A DNA stretch of 62,804 nucleotides, filler included. It is 5 parts of 5 records of this genome, joined end to end, with 100 filler letters (N's around TTAATTAATTAA, not from the genome) between each part and the next. Parts side by side here need not be neighbours in the genome. Positions count along the whole stretch, not along the records: positions 29,087 to 52,347 come from SRR2962707_3831; 4 more parts are not named here. The stretch is one strand, 5' to 3'. The notes under the pieces are model-generated. The model was given only the letters and a program-made list of their open reading frames with translations, was not told where the DNA came from and searched no databases. A program made the translations under genes and the position numbers. Below, piece after piece: positions 41,368 to 51,192 of the stretch. The stretch's first letter is position 1, and each line of letters begins with the position of its first letter.

Positions 41368-42438
41368 ATGAACCATCTTTTTCGCCTGGCGTCCGGCCTG
41401 TGCATCGCTGCCGCGCTGGGAAATAGTCCGGCATTGGCCGAAGTGCCGCTCGCGGTGGCGGTGACCAAGGCTGAAAGCACCGATACCGTGCGGATCCTGT
41501 CCCTGACGGGTGAGCTGATGGCACCTGAAACCCTGACCGCGTCATTCCCGACGGGCGGTCGTATCGCCGAGATGATGGTGGATGATGGTGCTAAGGTGTC
41601 TGCCGGCGACACCTTGGCGCGCATCGACAGCGTACAGCAGAAACAGGCCTTGCGCAGCGTCGAGGCGCAGTTGGCGGCAGCCACCGCAGAATTCACGGCG
41701 GCGCGCGACGATGACACCAGGCAGGCCGAGCTCTTTGATCGTGGCGCCACGACGCGGGCTTCGCGCGATACTGCCGCCGATCGTCTGACCGCCGCCGTGG
41801 CCCGCAAGGCCCAGGCCGACGCCGAACTGGAACAGGCCCGCGATGCCCTGGCAGATACGGTGCTGTTGGCTCCGCAGGATGCCACGGTTGTCCAGCGTCT
41901 GGCCGAACCCGGGCAGGTCGTGGGGGCCGCCCAACCGGTCTATGAACTGGCGCAGGGGCGCGGATACGAAGCGATCTTTGACATCCCCGAGGTGCTGTTA
42001 AGCGAAGGTTCCAACCCGGACCCGGTGATCACGCTTTCTCCTATCGACCGTCCTGAAATTACCGTGACCGGCCGCTTGTCCGAAATCTCACCTTTAGTGG
42101 ATCCGGCCACTGGCACCGTGGCGATCAAGGTGGTTCTGGACGATGATCTGCCAGGGCTTAGCTATGGCGACGCGGTGCGGGGAACTACGGAACGAAGGGA
42201 AGGCGCGCATATATCGCTTCCGTGGTCCGTCATTTCGGCCACAGCCGATGGTCCGGCGGTTTGGGTGGTCGATCCCGACACCAGCACCGTCAGCCTGCGC
42301 CAGGTCGAGGTTCGCCGTTATACCAGCACGGAAATTCTGCTGGATTCCGGAGTTTCACCGGGTGAAATCGTCGTGCGGCTAGGGACGCAGTTGCTGTATC
42401 CCGGCCGGGTTGTCCGCATCGTGGAGGTGTCGGAATGA
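41368..42438 (+). CDS. RND efflux periplasmic adaptor (MFP 1)
   Basis: SFPTGGRI..V..G..V..GDTLARID, LLAPQD, EPGQVV. Confidence 0.92.
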   Translation: MNHLFRLASGLCIAAALGNSPALAEVPLAVAVTKAESTDTVRILSLTGELMAPETLTASFPTGGRIAEMMVDDGAKVSAGDTLARIDSVQQKQALRSVEAQLAAATAEFTAARDDDTRQAELFDRGATTRASRDTAADRLTAAVARKAQADAELEQARDALADTVLLAPQDATVVQRLAEPGQVVGAAQPVYELAQGRGYEAIFDIPEVLLSEGSNPDPVITLSPIDRPEITVTGRLSEISPLVDPATGTVAIKVVLDDDLPGLSYGDAVRGTTERREGAHISLPWSVISATADGPAVWVVDPDTSTVSLRQVEVRRYTSTEILLDSGVSPGEIVVRLGTQLLYPGRVVRIVEVSE

Positions 42439-43532
42439 TACGTACCCTGTATCCGGCCCTTGTCGCCCTGCTGGCATTGGCACTTCCTGTCCATGCCGAG
42501 GACACAGCCCAGAAACCCGCCACCCGGCCCGTGGTGTCTGAGACCGTGACACCGCAAGCTGGTCTTGCCTCAAGCTGGGTGGGCAGCGTCTCGGCCTCGT
42601 CCGAGCTGGATCTGGGGTTTCTGAGTCTTGGCACCCTTGCAGAGCGCAGTGTGGATACCGGCGACATCGTCCAAAAGGGCGAGGTATTGGCGCGCATTGA
42701 CGCGTCCGATCTGGAATCTCAATTGCGCGCGGCGCAGGCCGGCGTGGCCATAAACGAGGCCAATCTTCAGACGGCACGCGACGCCTTTGAACGGGCCAGA
42801 CAGCTGGCGACCCGTGGCGTAGGGAGCGAGCTAACACTTGAATCTGCGCGCAACGCTCTTGCCGGTGCCGAGGCCGCGATGGAACAGGCCAGATCCGCCG
42901 AGGCCAGCGCACAAGACGCCCGTGCCTATGCCGACCTGACCGCGCCGATGGACGGCGTCATTACCAGCGTCAGCGCCGAACCGGGTGCCACCCTGTCCTC
43001 GGGCGAGGCGGTGATGCGCCTGTCTTCGACAGACCGGCTCGAAGTGATCATCTCGCTCAGCGATGAGGATGCCGCCGGCATGGCGCCCGATGCGGTGTTC
43101 GAAATCCGCCTACTGTCCAATTCCGAAATCACAGCAAAGGCCGTCTTGGCACGGATCGACCCGGTGTCAGTGCGCGCAACGCGCACGCGCGCTGCGCATC
43201 TGACGCTAGCCGATAATGCCAATGCCGGCTTCCGCCTTGGCGCACTGGTCAATGCCACGCTGGAGGCCGGTGGCGGCGCGATCACCACCTTGCCCGCCAG
43301 CGCCCTGATCACCGATGCCGAGCAGACCGCAGTCTGGCGGGTCGCCAAAGAGCCCAGGGTGGTCAACCGTATCCCCGTGGAAACCGGCACGCGTGCCGGG
43401 GGGCGTGTGATCATACTGCAAGGCGTCGGTGTCGGCGACGAAATTATCATTCGTGGCGTGAATTCCATTGTGGACGGTCAGACCGTCGGACCGCGCATTG
43501 CCGCGCGGCAGCTGCCGGGGGCCAACCAATGA
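42435..43532 (+). CDS. RND efflux periplasmic adaptor (MFP 2)
   Basis: LGF...G...VDTGDIVQKGEVLARID, LTAPMDGVI. Confidence 0.92.
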   Translation: MIRTLYPALVALLALALPVHAEDTAQKPATRPVVSETVTPQAGLASSWVGSVSASSELDLGFLSLGTLAERSVDTGDIVQKGEVLARIDASDLESQLRAAQAGVAINEANLQTARDAFERARQLATRGVGSELTLESARNALAGAEAAMEQARSAEASAQDARAYADLTAPMDGVITSVSAEPGATLSSGEAVMRLSSTDRLEVIISLSDEDAAGMAPDAVFEIRLLSNSEITAKAVLARIDPVSVRATRTRAAHLTLADNANAGFRLGALVNATLEAGGGAITTLPASALITDAEQTAVWRVAKEPRVVNRIPVETGTRAGGRVIILQGVGVGDEIIIRGVNSIVDGQTVGPRIAARQLPGANQ

Positions 43533-46500
43533 AAAGCTTCAATCTGTCTGACTGGGCGCTCAAGCACCGGTCGTTCGTGTGGTTCCTAATGATCGTTAGC
43601 CTCTTGGCCGGAGCGCTGTCCTATGTGAACATCGGCCGCGAGGAAGATCCCGATTTCGCCATCAAGACGATGATCATTTCGGCCTCTCTACCCGGTGCGT
43701 CGGTCGAAGAGACGCTGAATCAGGTCACTGACCGGATCGAGAAAAAGCTCGAGGATCTGGATTCTCTGGACAAGACGCGTTCGATTACGCGCCCGGGTGT
43801 TTCCATCGTTTATGTCGATCTGCTCGACACAACCAAGGCGAGCGACCTGCCGCGTCTGTGGCAGCAGGTGCGCAACATGATGGCTGACGTAGCACCCGAT
43901 TTCCCGGCGGAATTCGCAGGCTTTCAGTTCAACGACAACTTCGGGGATGTTTTCGGCAATATCTATGCCTTCACCTCGGATGGATACACGCCGCGCGAGG
44001 TGCGCGACTATGTCGAAGAGGCACGCCGCGCCGTACAATCGCTGGATGATACCGGCAAGGTCGAGGTTTTCGGAACCCGCGATCAGGTGGTCTATCTTGA
44101 ATATTCCACCGACCGGCTGGCGGCGCTTGGCGTCAGTCAGGCGGATGTAAGTTCAACACTCGCGGCGCAGAATGCGATCCTGCCCTCGGGTGAAATTGAC
44201 GCAGGGTCTGAACGGGTGCTGGTGCGCATCGGCGGCGGTTTTGCTACCGCGCAAAGCCTGCTGGACGTGAACCTGCGGGTGGGCGATCAGTTCTTTCGCC
44301 TGGCCGACGTGGCCACGGTGACATTGGGTTACGAAGATCCGCCCGCTGAATTGTTTCGCTATAACGGGCAAGAGGCTGTCGGCCTGTCCATTGGGATGCG
44401 CAAGGGCGCCAATATCGTGAAGTTTGGCGAAGAATTGACCGGCGTAATGACCCAGGTCGAAAACGCGCTGCCGTTGGGCATTGGCGTGCATCATGTGGCC
44501 GATCAGCCCGAAGTTGTGCAAGAAGCCGTTGGTCATTTCGTCCAGGCCCTGGTCGAAGCGGTGCTGATCGTTCTCGCGGTCAGTTTCGTGAGCCTTGGCG
44601 TGCGGGCCGGTCTGGTTGTCACGCTAACCATTCCGCTGGTGCTGGCCATCACATTCGTGGTGATGAATTACGCCGGTTTCACGCTGCAGCGGATTTCGCT
44701 TGGCGCGCTGATCATCGCACTGGGACTGCTTGTCGACGATGCGATGATCGCGATTGAGACAATGATTTCGCGGCTTGAACTCGGCGAATCGCTACCCAAG
44801 GCTGCATCTTATGCTTGGACCTCGATCGCCTTTCCGATGCTGTCCGGGACGCTTGTCACCGTGGCGGGTTTCATCCCCATCGGCCTGAACAATTCAGCGG
44901 CGGGCGAATTCACCTTTTCGCTGTTCGTGGTCATCGGGGTGGCACTGCTGGTATCCTGGGTGGTGGCGGTGTTGTTCGCGCCTCTGATTGGCGTGACGAT
45001 CCTAAAGGAAAACATCGCCCATGCGCACAAGGGACCGGGGCGTGTACGCCGGATGTTTCACGGCGTGTTGCGCGGTGCCATGCGGTTTCGCTGGCTGACG
45101 ATCGCGATCACGCTTGCCGTGTTTTCCGTATCCGTCTGGTCGATGCAGTTTGTCGAGAACCAGTTTTTTCCCTCATCAGACCGCCCCGAAATTGTCGTTG
45201 ACATAACGCTGCAGCAGAATGTGTCCATCACCGAAACCAAGGTGACGATGGACCGTTTCGAAGAGGCGCTTAAGGAGGATGAGGATGTAAAGTTCTGGAC
45301 CTCTTATGTGGGTCGGGGGGCGCCACGCTTTATCCTGTCGTTCGACGTGCCGACACCGGGGCCCAACACCGGCCAGATTGTGATCCAGACAGAAGGGATC
45401 GAGGCACGCAACCGGATTCGCCAAAAGCTGAGCCAACTAGCGGCGGACGAATTCCCGGGGGTGGACATCTTTGTAAAACTGCTGGAAATCGGGCCGCCGG
45501 TGGGCCGCCCGGTGCAGTATCGTGTGACGGGTCCGGATCTGGACAAGCTGCGAGATGTGGCTCGTGACATGGCGGCTTTGGTCGCGACGGATCCGCGTAC
45601 GGATAATATCGTGCTTGACTGGAACGAACCGTCCCGGGTGGTGCGCGTGGATATCGTGCAGGACCGGGTGCGCCTGCTGGGGTTAACCTCGAGCGATATC
45701 GCATCGGCGTTGAACGGGATCTACGAAGGCACAGTTGTGACGGAATTGCGTGACGGCATCTATCTGGTGGATCTGATCGCGCGCGGGTCCGATACGACAC
45801 GGTCCTCCATTGAAGGGCTTACCAACCTTCAATTGGGCGGACCGGATGGCGTTCCGGTGCCGCTGTCGTCGATTGCCGTGTTCAACTATGATACCGAACA
45901 GCCCGTGATCCACCAGGAAAACCGCCGCCCCACAATCACCGTCAAGGCCGCGATCATCACGGCGGACCAACCTGCGACAATCGTCGATGCGCTGGCCGAC
46001 AAGGTGGCCGCGTTCAATGCCGACCTGCCGTTGGGATATGGCGTCACGGTTGGCGGCGCTGTGGAATCAAGCGCGGAATCCCAGGCGCCGATTGCCGCAG
46101 TCGTGCCGCTTATGTTGTTAATCATGGCCTTTCTCGTGATGGCGCAGATGCAAAGTTTTCGCCGTGCGCTGGTAGTCTTTGCTGCGGCACCGCTTGGCCT
46201 GATTGGGGTTGTGGCTGCATTGCTGTCCTCGGGCGCGCCGCTGGGATTCGTGGCTATCCTTGGGGTGCTTGCGCTGATCGGGATCTTGATCCGCAACTCG
46301 ATCATTCTGGTGCACGAAATCGAAGTGCAGATTTTCACGCACGGGCTGTCGGCCTGGGACGCGGTGTTCACGGCGTCTGACAGCCGGGCACGGCCGATCC
46401 TGCTGACGGCGGCAGCGGCGAGCTTTGCTCTCATTCCGATCTCTCGGCAGATCTTTTGGGGGCCGATGGCCTATGCGATGATGGGCGGGATCATTGCGGG

Positions 46501-46582
46501 TACGGTGGTAACGCTCGTGTTCGTGCCTGCGCTGTATCTGGCAGTGTACCGGGTAAAGCGGCCTGTCACTGCAGGGACCTGA
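43529..46582 (+). CDS. RND efflux permease (TriC/MexK-like; TriABC-type two-MFP pump)
   Basis: FNLSDWAL, REEDP, GLLVDDA, RARPILLTA; 1017 aa. Confidence 0.95.
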   Translation: MKSFNLSDWALKHRSFVWFLMIVSLLAGALSYVNIGREEDPDFAIKTMIISASLPGASVEETLNQVTDRIEKKLEDLDSLDKTRSITRPGVSIVYVDLLDTTKASDLPRLWQQVRNMMADVAPDFPAEFAGFQFNDNFGDVFGNIYAFTSDGYTPREVRDYVEEARRAVQSLDDTGKVEVFGTRDQVVYLEYSTDRLAALGVSQADVSSTLAAQNAILPSGEIDAGSERVLVRIGGGFATAQSLLDVNLRVGDQFFRLADVATVTLGYEDPPAELFRYNGQEAVGLSIGMRKGANIVKFGEELTGVMTQVENALPLGIGVHHVADQPEVVQEAVGHFVQALVEAVLIVLAVSFVSLGVRAGLVVTLTIPLVLAITFVVMNYAGFTLQRISLGALIIALGLLVDDAMIAIETMISRLELGESLPKAASYAWTSIAFPMLSGTLVTVAGFIPIGLNNSAAGEFTFSLFVVIGVALLVSWVVAVLFAPLIGVTILKENIAHAHKGPGRVRRMFHGVLRGAMRFRWLTIAITLAVFSVSVWSMQFVENQFFPSSDRPEIVVDITLQQNVSITETKVTMDRFEEALKEDEDVKFWTSYVGRGAPRFILSFDVPTPGPNTGQIVIQTEGIEARNRIRQKLSQLAADEFPGVDIFVKLLEIGPPVGRPVQYRVTGPDLDKLRDVARDMAALVATDPRTDNIVLDWNEPSRVVRVDIVQDRVRLLGLTSSDIASALNGIYEGTVVTELRDGIYLVDLIARGSDTTRSSIEGLTNLQLGGPDGVPVPLSSIAVFNYDTEQPVIHQENRRPTITVKAAIITADQPATIVDALADKVAAFNADLPLGYGVTVGGAVESSAESQAPIAAVVPLMLLIMAFLVMAQMQSFRRALVVFAAAPLGLIGVVAALLSSGAPLGFVAILGVLALIGILIRNSIILVHEIEVQIFTHGLSAWDAVFTASDSRARPILLTAAAASFALIPISRQIFWGPMAYAMMGGIIAGTVVTLVFVPALYLAVYRVKRPVTAGT

Positions 46583-46646
46583 CGCACCTCGCGGCAGCGT
46601 CGTTACAACGGCCTCGCGGTAACTGCCCCATGCACTTATCCTTACG

Positions 46647-46720
46647 AAAAAACCCCGGCGCAATCTCGCGCCGGGGTTAGGGAACTCGTGATAAACAAGG
46701 AGGTAAGAGATGGTGCAAAC
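46647..46720 (-). ncRNA. Candidate anti-Shine-Dalgarno sRNA with an intrinsic terminator
   Basis: Minus strand ...UCUCUUACCUCCUUG...AACCCCGGCGC-GAGAUU-GCGCCGGGGUUUUUU. Confidence 0.45.
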
Positions 46721-46796
46721 CCAAAGGGCGCAATCTCGCGCCGGGGTTGGGGAACTCGTGATAAACAAGGTGGTAAGAGACGGTGCAAACCCAAAG
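46657..46796. repeat. 70-bp tandem duplication (67/70 identical)
   Basis: 46657-46726 compared directly with 46727-46796. Confidence 0.95.
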
Positions 46797-46824
46797 TAGG
46801 CGGGGGCGTCACCAAGGTTTTCGA

Positions 46825-46863
46825 TAACCTGGCCCGGACTCTTCCAAGATCCGGGCCAGGTTA
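46825..46863 (-). terminator. Strong hairpin downstream of degP
   Basis: TAACCTGGCCCGGA...TCCGGGCCAGGTTA, 14-bp stem. Confidence 0.7.
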
Positions 46864-46922
46864 ATCCCCCCTGCTAAAGGGGATCCACCGACACAGGGGG
46901 CTTGCGCCGGTGGAATTTCTTA

Positions 46923-48032
46923 TCATGCATCCTGCTTGGCAAGGGTGCCGACAGTGATGTCGATGGTTTGCTCGGCACCCCTGTGCAGGATCACAACAGG
47001 AGCGGTCGCCTCTGGATCGGTCGAGGCTACGGCGCGCGTCAGGTCGCGCAGTTCCGCGATGTCTGTGCCGTTAAAGGACAGGATGATATCACCCTTTTCC
47101 AGACCGGCCTTGGCGGCGGGGCTGTCGGCGGTCACCATTTCGATCATCGCACCTTTGGGCTGGTCATAACCCAGAACCTGCGCAATTTCTTCGGGCATCG
47201 GTTTGATCTGCACGCCCAGCCAACCACGGGTGATGGTGCCGTCGTCAGAAAGGTCCGCAATGACGGTCTGGATCAGATCCGAAGGCACCGCAAATCCAAT
47301 GCCCACCGATCCGCCATCAGGCGAAAAGATCGCGGTGTTCATACCGATTACATCGCCTTCGTTGTTGAACAGCGGGCCGCCCGAATTGCCCCGGTTGATC
47401 GCCGCGTCGGTCTGGATGAAATCGTCATAGGGTCCCGAGTTGATGTTGCGCGACTTGGCCGAAACGATGCCGGACGTCACCGTGCCGCCCAGACCAAAGG
47501 GGTTGCCTACGGCAACAACTTCGTCGCCCGGGCGCATTTTTTCGGAATCGCCAAATTTGATGAACGGCAGCTTCGCATCAGCAGTGATCTGGATCAGTGC
47601 CACGTCGGTCATAGGATCGCTGCCCAGCACCTTGGCGTCAAAGCTGCGGCCATCGGCCAGCTTTACGTTTACCGTTTCAGCACCGTCCACGACGTGGTTG
47701 TTGGTGACAATCTTGCCGTCCTCAGAAATGATGAAACCCGACCCGACACCATGACGCGGCTCACCGCCCTGCGGCATCATCTTTTCGAACTGGCGGCGCA
47801 GTTCTTCGGGCATGCCTTCTGGGAATTGACCGTCGAAGTCGGACGCTTCGGCCTTTGTGGTTACTTCGATAAAGACCACCGCGGGCGACACGTTTTCAAC
47901 CAGATCGCCATAGCCGCCTGCGGGCACAGCCAGCGCCGGAGTGGCGGTCGTCAGGGTTACGCCGGTCGCGCTCAGCGCTGCGATTAGTGCAGCGGACCCG
48001 GCAAGGCGTCGGTAGAGGGGGGTGGATGTCAT
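46923..48032 (-). CDS. HtrA/DegP-family periplasmic serine protease (single PDZ)
   Basis: GSGF, TNNHVV, TDAAINRGNSGGPL, RGWLGV; signal peptide. Confidence 0.93.
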   Translation of the reverse strand: MTSTPLYRRLAGSAALIAALSATGVTLTTATPALAVPAGGYGDLVENVSPAVVFIEVTTKAEASDFDGQFPEGMPEELRRQFEKMMPQGGEPRHGVGSGFIISEDGKIVTNNHVVDGAETVNVKLADGRSFDAKVLGSDPMTDVALIQITADAKLPFIKFGDSEKMRPGDEVVAVGNPFGLGGTVTSGIVSAKSRNINSGPYDDFIQTDAAINRGNSGGPLFNNEGDVIGMNTAIFSPDGGSVGIGFAVPSDLIQTVIADLSDDGTITRGWLGVQIKPMPEEIAQVLGYDQPKGAMIEMVTADSPAAKAGLEKGDIILSFNGTDIAELRDLTRAVASTDPEATAPVVILHRGAEQTIDITVGTLAKQDA

Positions 48033-48210
48033 CGTTTAACGCTCCGTTGGTGTTGTTTTGATGACCCTGATATGACGCCCCCACATCACAGAGGGGTGCG
48101 CCCCCCTATACAAATAGTTTAACAAGGTCACGACCCTTGCCCTGTGCGCCACGAAAGCTGATTTTAGGGGCACGGCCCTCGGCTGGGCCGGATTACCCTG
48201 TGAGGAAAAA

Positions 48211-48882
48211 ATGAAACTTCTTGTGGTCGAGGACGATGCGACGACGGGGGCCTATATCGCCCGCGGTCTGCGCGAAGAGGGACAGAGTGTTGATCTGGTC
48301 GCCAATGGCAAGGATGCGCTGATCCAGGCGACGGCAGGCAGTTACGATGTCCTGATCGTTGACCGGATGCTGCCCGAAATCGATGGCATGACCCTGGTCA
48401 AGACGCTGCGCGCTGCGGGCAACCGCACGCCGGTGCTGTTCCTGACCTCACTGGGCAGTGTCGAGGATCGCATCAGCGGGCTGAACGCAGGGGGTGATGA
48501 TTACCTTGTGAAACCCTTTGCCTTTGGCGAACTTTCGGCGCGGGTTGCTGCACTTGCCCGGCGCCCACAAAGTGTCGAACAGGAAACCATCCTGCGCGCC
48601 GGACCGCTGGAAATGGATCTGATCGCCCGCAAGGTCACCCGCGATGGGCAGGACATTGACCTGTTGCCACGCGAATTCGCCATTCTGGAACACCTAATGC
48701 GTCGCAAAGGCCGGGTGCAGACCCGTACGATGCTGCTCGAATCCGTCTGGGACATCTCGTTCGATCCGATGACAAACGTGGTCGAAACCCACATTTCCCG
48801 CCTGCGGGCCAAGGTCGACAAACCCTTTGACACAGAGTCGATCAAGACCGTGCGCGGCGCTGGCTACCGGATCGACGCGTGA
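48211..48882 (+). CDS. OmpR/CusR-like response regulator
   Basis: LVVEDD, DRMLP, DDYLVKPF, TVRGAGY. Confidence 0.95.
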   Translation: MKLLVVEDDATTGAYIARGLREEGQSVDLVANGKDALIQATAGSYDVLIVDRMLPEIDGMTLVKTLRAAGNRTPVLFLTSLGSVEDRISGLNAGGDDYLVKPFAFGELSARVAALARRPQSVEQETILRAGPLEMDLIARKVTRDGQDIDLLPREFAILEHLMRRKGRVQTRTMLLESVWDISFDPMTNVVETHISRLRAKVDKPFDTESIKTVRGAGYRIDA

Positions 48883-50231
48883 CCGTAGCGCGCGCATCAA
48901 TGCTCCGCTCGATGCCGCTGCGGTTGGCGGGGGGGTTGGTGCTGCTGTTTTCGGTGGTGTCGCTGCTGGGGCTGTTGGCAAGCTACATCTACACCCAGGC
49001 ATCTTTCGAACAGACCATGCGCGCCGACCTGACGCAGGACATGGCCGGTTTTAGGGCTGCACCCTCTGCCGCCGCGGTGGCCACACTGGTCGAAGCCGAA
49101 GCCGGCAGCACCGATCCTGAACGTGTCGTGCTTAGCTATTTTGCGCCCAACGGGCGGCACTACGGCAATGCCGTAGTGGCCCGCGATGCCGATGGGTATC
49201 GCATTCTGTCTGACCTGCCCGGCCAGCCCGAGATTTCGGGCCGCTATCTTGCCCTGACCGCTTCGCTGCGCGGCGGGCAGCTAACCGTGGCGCGCAGCCG
49301 CAAACAGATTGACGCGCTGCGGGGGGTTTTTCTGAACATCCTCGGGCTTAGCTTGCTGCCCACTATCCTGATTGCGCTGTCCGGCGGGTTGATTCTGGCG
49401 CGGCGCGGCGCGCGGCATGTTGCGGTGATTGGTAGGACACTGGACCAACTGACATCGGGAAACTTGGGGACGCGTGTCGGTGATGTCGGCGGCTGGTCTG
49501 ATGATCTTGCCCGGATTGGCGCAAAGGTCGATCAGATGGCGCGTTCCCAGGAAGACACGGTGGCGAGCTTGCGGCAGGTGTCTTCGGATATCGCCCATGA
49601 TCTCAAAACTCCGATCCAGCGTGTTGCGGTTCATCTGGATGAGCTGAGCCAGAGTGAGGATCTGCACGAAGACGAACGCCTTCTTGTCGACAAGGCGCTG
49701 TCAGAGCTTGATGGAATTGTATCGGTGTTTCATTCGCTGTTGCAGCTGGCCCAGATCGAAAGCGGATCGCCACGGGCGCGGTTCACGGACGTGGATATGA
49801 CGGCGCTTTGCCAGACGTTGTGCGATGTCTACGAACCGTCAGCGGCCGAAAACGGGCAAACGCTCACATGTGCTGTGCCTGACATGCCTGTGCGGCGGGT
49901 ATTGGGCGATCGCAACCTGCTGGGGCAGGTGCTGGCGAACCTGATTGAAAATGCCCTGCGCCATACGCCCTCGGGCAGCACCATTACCGTCGCCTTGTCC
50001 CAAGTCGCGACTCATGTTGATCTGTCGGTGACGGATTCCGGCCCGGGGATCCCGCCGGAGGAACGCGATCTGGTGCTGCGCCGCCTGTATCGTTTGGATC
50101 GCAGTCGGACCACCCCGGGCAACGGGCTGGGGCTATCGCTGGTGGCTAGCATCGCGCAGGTGCACGACGCCGAACTGACGCTGGCGGATGCTGGGCCGGG
50201 TCTGGGTGTGACTTTGCAGTTTCCCGGTTGA
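48879..50231 (+). CDS. HAMP-domain sensor histidine kinase
   Basis: IAHDLKTP, NLIENA, DSGPGI, GNGLGL. Confidence 0.95.
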   Translation: MTVARASMLRSMPLRLAGGLVLLFSVVSLLGLLASYIYTQASFEQTMRADLTQDMAGFRAAPSAAAVATLVEAEAGSTDPERVVLSYFAPNGRHYGNAVVARDADGYRILSDLPGQPEISGRYLALTASLRGGQLTVARSRKQIDALRGVFLNILGLSLLPTILIALSGGLILARRGARHVAVIGRTLDQLTSGNLGTRVGDVGGWSDDLARIGAKVDQMARSQEDTVASLRQVSSDIAHDLKTPIQRVAVHLDELSQSEDLHEDERLLVDKALSELDGIVSVFHSLLQLAQIESGSPRARFTDVDMTALCQTLCDVYEPSAAENGQTLTCAVPDMPVRRVLGDRNLLGQVLANLIENALRHTPSGSTITVALSQVATHVDLSVTDSGPGIPPEERDLVLRRLYRLDRSRTTPGNGLGLSLVASIAQVHDAELTLADAGPGLGVTLQFPG

Positions 50232-50241
50232 TCCATTCAAA

Positions 50242-50958
50242 TCAGGACCCGGGTTTTTGCAGCGCCTCTTTCAGGGATCGGGCTGGGGCGGCAGAACGGC
50301 GCAGATCCAGTGCGGAATGCAGATCGACCAGATGGCTGCGCATGAGGTCTTCGGCACGCTGTCCGTCGCGCACTGCCAGTGCTTCGATCAGATCGTGGTG
50401 GGCATGGCTTTCGCACAGCGCCGAATCGCGGCGCGAATACAGTGCGATGATCAGGGAAGAGCGGGCAATTAGCGCACCGATGAAGCCTGCAATAGTCGCC
50501 TGCCCGGCGATGCGGGCGATTTCTGTGTGAAACAGGCCCGACAGGTGCAGCGCCTTCCCGCGATCCCCGGCGTCCATTGCGGCATGTTCTTCTGCAATGT
50601 GGGCACGAAGGGTTTCGATTTCTGGCACGGTCGATCTGCTCGCCGCCATATGCGCTGTGCGCGGCTCCAGCAGTTCGCGCGCTTCGAAGACTTCGCGAGC
50701 TTCTTGCTGCGATGGCTGGGCGACAAATGCGCCGCGATTGCGGTGTATTTCGACCAGCTGCATATGCGCCAGGGCCTGAAGGGCGGCTCGCACGATCGTG
50801 CGTGACACGCCGTAGACCTCGCCAATCTCATCCTCGCCCAGCTTGGTGCCCGGGGCCAGCCGGTGTTCGTGAATGGCCAGTGACAACGCCTCTGCAACGC
50901 GGTCGTTGGCGGCCACACGGTTCCGTGTGATGGGCTGTACGGAATGCGGTCTGTTCAT
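50242..50958 (-). CDS. GntR (FadR/FCD) regulator
   Basis: LAPGTKL.E...GVSRTIVR...RGAFV plus FCD domain; start 50958 or 50976. Confidence 0.92.
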   Translation of the reverse strand: MNRPHSVQPITRNRVAANDRVAEALSLAIHEHRLAPGTKLGEDEIGEVYGVSRTIVRAALQALAHMQLVEIHRNRGAFVAQPSQQEAREVFEARELLEPRTAHMAASRSTVPEIETLRAHIAEEHAAMDAGDRGKALHLSGLFHTEIARIAGQATIAGFIGALIARSSLIIALYSRRDSALCESHAHHDLIEALAVRDGQRAEDLMRSHLVDLHSALDLRRSAAPARSLKEALQKPGS

Positions 50959-51038
50959 ATTCAAATCCTTGATCACGACATTTCAGAACCCTGCGCCCCG
51001 AGCAAGCGGGTTAGCACTTGAAGACAACCCGGACGGAG

Positions 51039-51050
51039 ATTGTATACAAT
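51039..51050. promoter_or_regulatory. GntR/FadR-type operator
   Basis: Perfect palindrome ATTGTATACAAT between the divergent gntR and ABC genes. Confidence 0.7.
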
Positions 51051-51192
51051 ATTGCGTCCTAATATTGAGCAGACGACTGTTGGTATGGTTTAGTTTTGGG
51101 CATTTCTGCGCACGATGGTCAGGTTGTGGGCAGCATTGTTTGCGCCCATCCCCGCTCAGCCGCTTAGGTTTCAACCATGTCATGGGGGAATC

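Noticed and set aside
46657-46796. CRISPR array
   Set aside because: Only two abutting 70-bp units, no spacers and no cas genes
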